Shown here: piece by piece, positions 50,211 through 51,960 of the stretch
Numbering within the stretch: position 1 is the stretch's first letter
Layout of the letters: each line of letters starts with the position of its first letter
Origin: Actinomycetes bacterium
Lineage (GTDB): Bacteria > Actinomycetota > Actinomycetes > Nanopelagicales > Nanopelagicaceae
NCBI GenBank assembly: GCA_919902125.1
Contig: CAKKQM010000038.1
Coordinates: 1-51,960, forward strand
DNA length: 51,960 bases
Direction: 5' to 3'
Notes under the pieces: model-generated
Told to the model about the DNA's origin: nothing
Seen by the model: the letters and a program-made list of their open reading frames with translations, nothing else
The model's database searches: none
Program-made: the position numbers and the translations under genes

Positions 50211-51509
50211 ATGACCTACTTTCATTTTCGAATGACCAGAGTGATTGTGACTCTTTTTGCCACTCTCCTTGCTGCTTCTTTTGCCGCACCTGTAGCGCGT
50301 GCTGCCAGTGAAGAAATAACTGTATTTACTGATAGCGGAGTCGACAAACCATTTGTGATCGCAACTGCCAAAGCGTTTATGAAGGCGCATCCCGATATTC
50401 AGGTAACTGTTCACTTCGGGCCAACTGGAACCGAGGGTGACAAGTTAGTTAAGAGCAAATTAGCCATTGGCAAGATGGATGATGTTTTTCTCTATAACAG
50501 CGGGTCGCTCTTTCAGTCACTGGATCCGACTAAGAACTTGGTTGATCTGACAGACGAGCCATGGCAGTCAACCGTTGTTTCATCTTTTTATCCAACCGTC
50601 TCAATTGGAGCGAAGATCTACGGAGCGCCAATGGGCACCGCTGTAGGCGGCGGTATTCTGTACAACAAGGTTATATATAAAAAGCTCAACTTGAAAGTTC
50701 CATTGACCTGGGCGCAATTTATGGCAAACAACGTAAAGGTTAAGAAAGCTGGACTTATTCCGGTAATTCAGACGTACAAAGACTCTTGGACGGCGCAACT
50801 CTTTATCCTTGCCGATCAATTTAACGTACAGGCCACCAACCCAAATTTCGCGGCAGAATTTACTTCACATAAGACACATATCGCTACGACACCTGCTGCT
50901 TTCGCAGGCTTCCAACACTTAGAGGATGTCAAAAAAGCCGGTTACTTAAATAAGGATTATGCATCAGCGACCCTTAATAAGGGTATTTCGTATCTTGCAA
51001 CGGGTAAAGGCGCGCATTATCCGATGCTCACTTTTGCCGCGGAGACTATCGTCAAGGACTATCCAAAACTGGCAGAGAATATTGGATTCTTCGCACAACC
51101 TGGAACTTCGGCCAAGCGCAATGGTCTGACTCTCTGGATGCCCGCGGGCTTATTCATCCCAAATACAACTGTGCACCTTAATACAGCCAAGAAATTCATT
51201 GCTTTTGCAGTATCACCTGCGGCAATTGCAGCAATCAATTCGGTATCTACGCCAACTGGTCCTTACCTGATCAAAGGCGCAAAGTACCCTGGTCGTCTCT
51301 CGAGTATTGCTACTGACATGCTTTCTTACACCAAGAGCAACGGAAAGTGCGCGCCGGCTCTTGAGTTTCTCTCTCCCCTTAAAGGTCCAAACCTCGAGAA
51401 AATAGCTGTCAGAGTTGGTTCGGGGATAATAACCGCCAAACAAGGTGCAGCCGCTTATCACAAGGATCTACACAAGGAAGGAAGGCGACTTGGCCTTCCC
51501 GCTTGGTAA
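50211..51509 (+). CDS. ABC transporter solute-binding protein (family 1, carbohydrate-type)
   Basis: 432 aa with a signal peptide (AAPVARAASEE) and typical SBP length. An alternative start lies at Met8 (50232). Confidence 0.82.
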   Translation: MTYFHFRMTRVIVTLFATLLAASFAAPVARAASEEITVFTDSGVDKPFVIATAKAFMKAHPDIQVTVHFGPTGTEGDKLVKSKLAIGKMDDVFLYNSGSLFQSLDPTKNLVDLTDEPWQSTVVSSFYPTVSIGAKIYGAPMGTAVGGGILYNKVIYKKLNLKVPLTWAQFMANNVKVKKAGLIPVIQTYKDSWTAQLFILADQFNVQATNPNFAAEFTSHKTHIATTPAAFAGFQHLEDVKKAGYLNKDYASATLNKGISYLATGKGAHYPMLTFAAETIVKDYPKLAENIGFFAQPGTSAKRNGLTLWMPAGLFIPNTTVHLNTAKKFIAFAVSPAAIAAINSVSTPTGPYLIKGAKYPGRLSSIATDMLSYTKSNGKCAPALEFLSPLKGPNLEKIAVRVGSGIITAKQGAAAYHKDLHKEGRRLGLPAW

Positions 51510-51617
51510 AAATTACAAAGTTAAGGATGGCAATACGGGCGAGGTTCAACCAGTACGACATAGAGAAGAAGGTAATAAGTAGCTTAGAGAAGTCGAGACG
51601 GAGTGTCCGATACTGCT

Positions 51618-51960
51618 TTATTGCTCTAAAGCGAGGAGGATTTCGCGTAGTTTCCTTCCCTCCAGTCGTCCCATCACCACGGACTTTAGGTTTCTGCTGA
51701 CAAGGCAAATGAACATAACAGTTCGTCCGTTGGACGGGTGTAGTAAAGATTTCCATAGTTCGATCATCATATATTTTCTACCTTTTTGTCGGGATGAAGC
51801 CCAAAATAAATAGGAAGAATGAGATCTAGGCAAGTTTCCGTGATACTCATCGGAGAATCTTTCTTGGATAATCGCAAGATTTCGCGTCAACTCTTTCGTG
51901 TTGCTATGCCATTGTCCCGGGTTGAGTCGGTAGAAAAGCCCTACTTCCGGCAACAGAACT
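51618..51960 (-). CDS. Unassigned ORF running in from the right edge (hypothetical; may be spurious)
   Basis: The frame is open from the window end to TAA at 51618. I recognise no motif. The opposite strand also has an open frame from ATG 51819 to the window end, so strand and reality are unresolved. Confidence 0.2.
   Translation of the reverse strand, partial: VLLPEVGLFYRLNPGQWHSNTKELTRNLAIIQERFSDEYHGNLPRSHSSYLFWASSRQKGRKYMMIELWKSLLHPSNGRTVMFICLVSRNLKSVVMGRLEGRKLREILLALEQ

Noticed and set aside
51409-51756. 115-aa minus-strand ORF and 65-aa plus-strand ORF (51503-51700) at the SBP 3' end
   Set aside because: They overlap the end of the well-supported SBP gene or each other. Their translations are non-protein-like, and neither has a start context.

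Overview
This 51.96-kb window is the chromosomal replication-origin neighbourhood of a compact, mid-GC Actinomycetota genome. That placement is an inference from gene content and order. As I recall them, the order mirrors the Mycobacterium tuberculosis blocks Rv0001-Rv0018c, Rv3907c-Rv3924c and Rv0049-Rv0058. Left to right: gene fragment, pstP-pknB, trpG/pabA, crgA, rhomboid, ppiA, tRNA-Ala, tRNA-Ile, gyrA, gyrB, DUF721/DciA-like, recF, dnaN, oriC, dnaA, rpmH-rnpA-yidD-yidC-jag-rsmG-parA-parB, aminotransferase, cwlM, trxA, trxB, murJ, secreted hypothetical, MutT4-like NUDIX, CCA-adding enzyme, MFS, DUF5318-like, PBP1A, GT87-like, rpsF-ssb-rpsR-rplI. Then come a choline-kinase-like gene and a dimethylglycine/sarcosine-dehydrogenase-like gene, followed by dnaB, EamA, FadE, S8 protease, tRNA-Gly, dcd, lemA-htpX, a two-component system, a membrane Fe-S/CCG oxidoreductase, an ABC solute-binding protein and an unassigned ~450-nt right end. 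In total there are about 55 CDS and 3 tRNAs. I saw no rRNA, CRISPR, recognisable IS or prophage, or known defence genes. I could not identify a convincing self-contained novel multi-gene system; this is mostly conserved core genome. The best leads are: (1) DnaA-box clusters outside oriC, in the crgA/rhomboid spacer, upstream of dnaB and inside recF; (2) two parS sites written into the first codons of rsmG and parA; (3) a translationally coupled NUDIX-hypothetical-MurJ operon placed back to back with the CCA-adding enzyme; (4) a two-gene C1/choline-type insertion that splits the conserved rplI-dnaB junction, with start codons 7 nt apart; (5) the unexplained, lower-GC right edge where an expected ABC permease is missing. 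All coordinates for motifs were counted by hand from the printed sequence.
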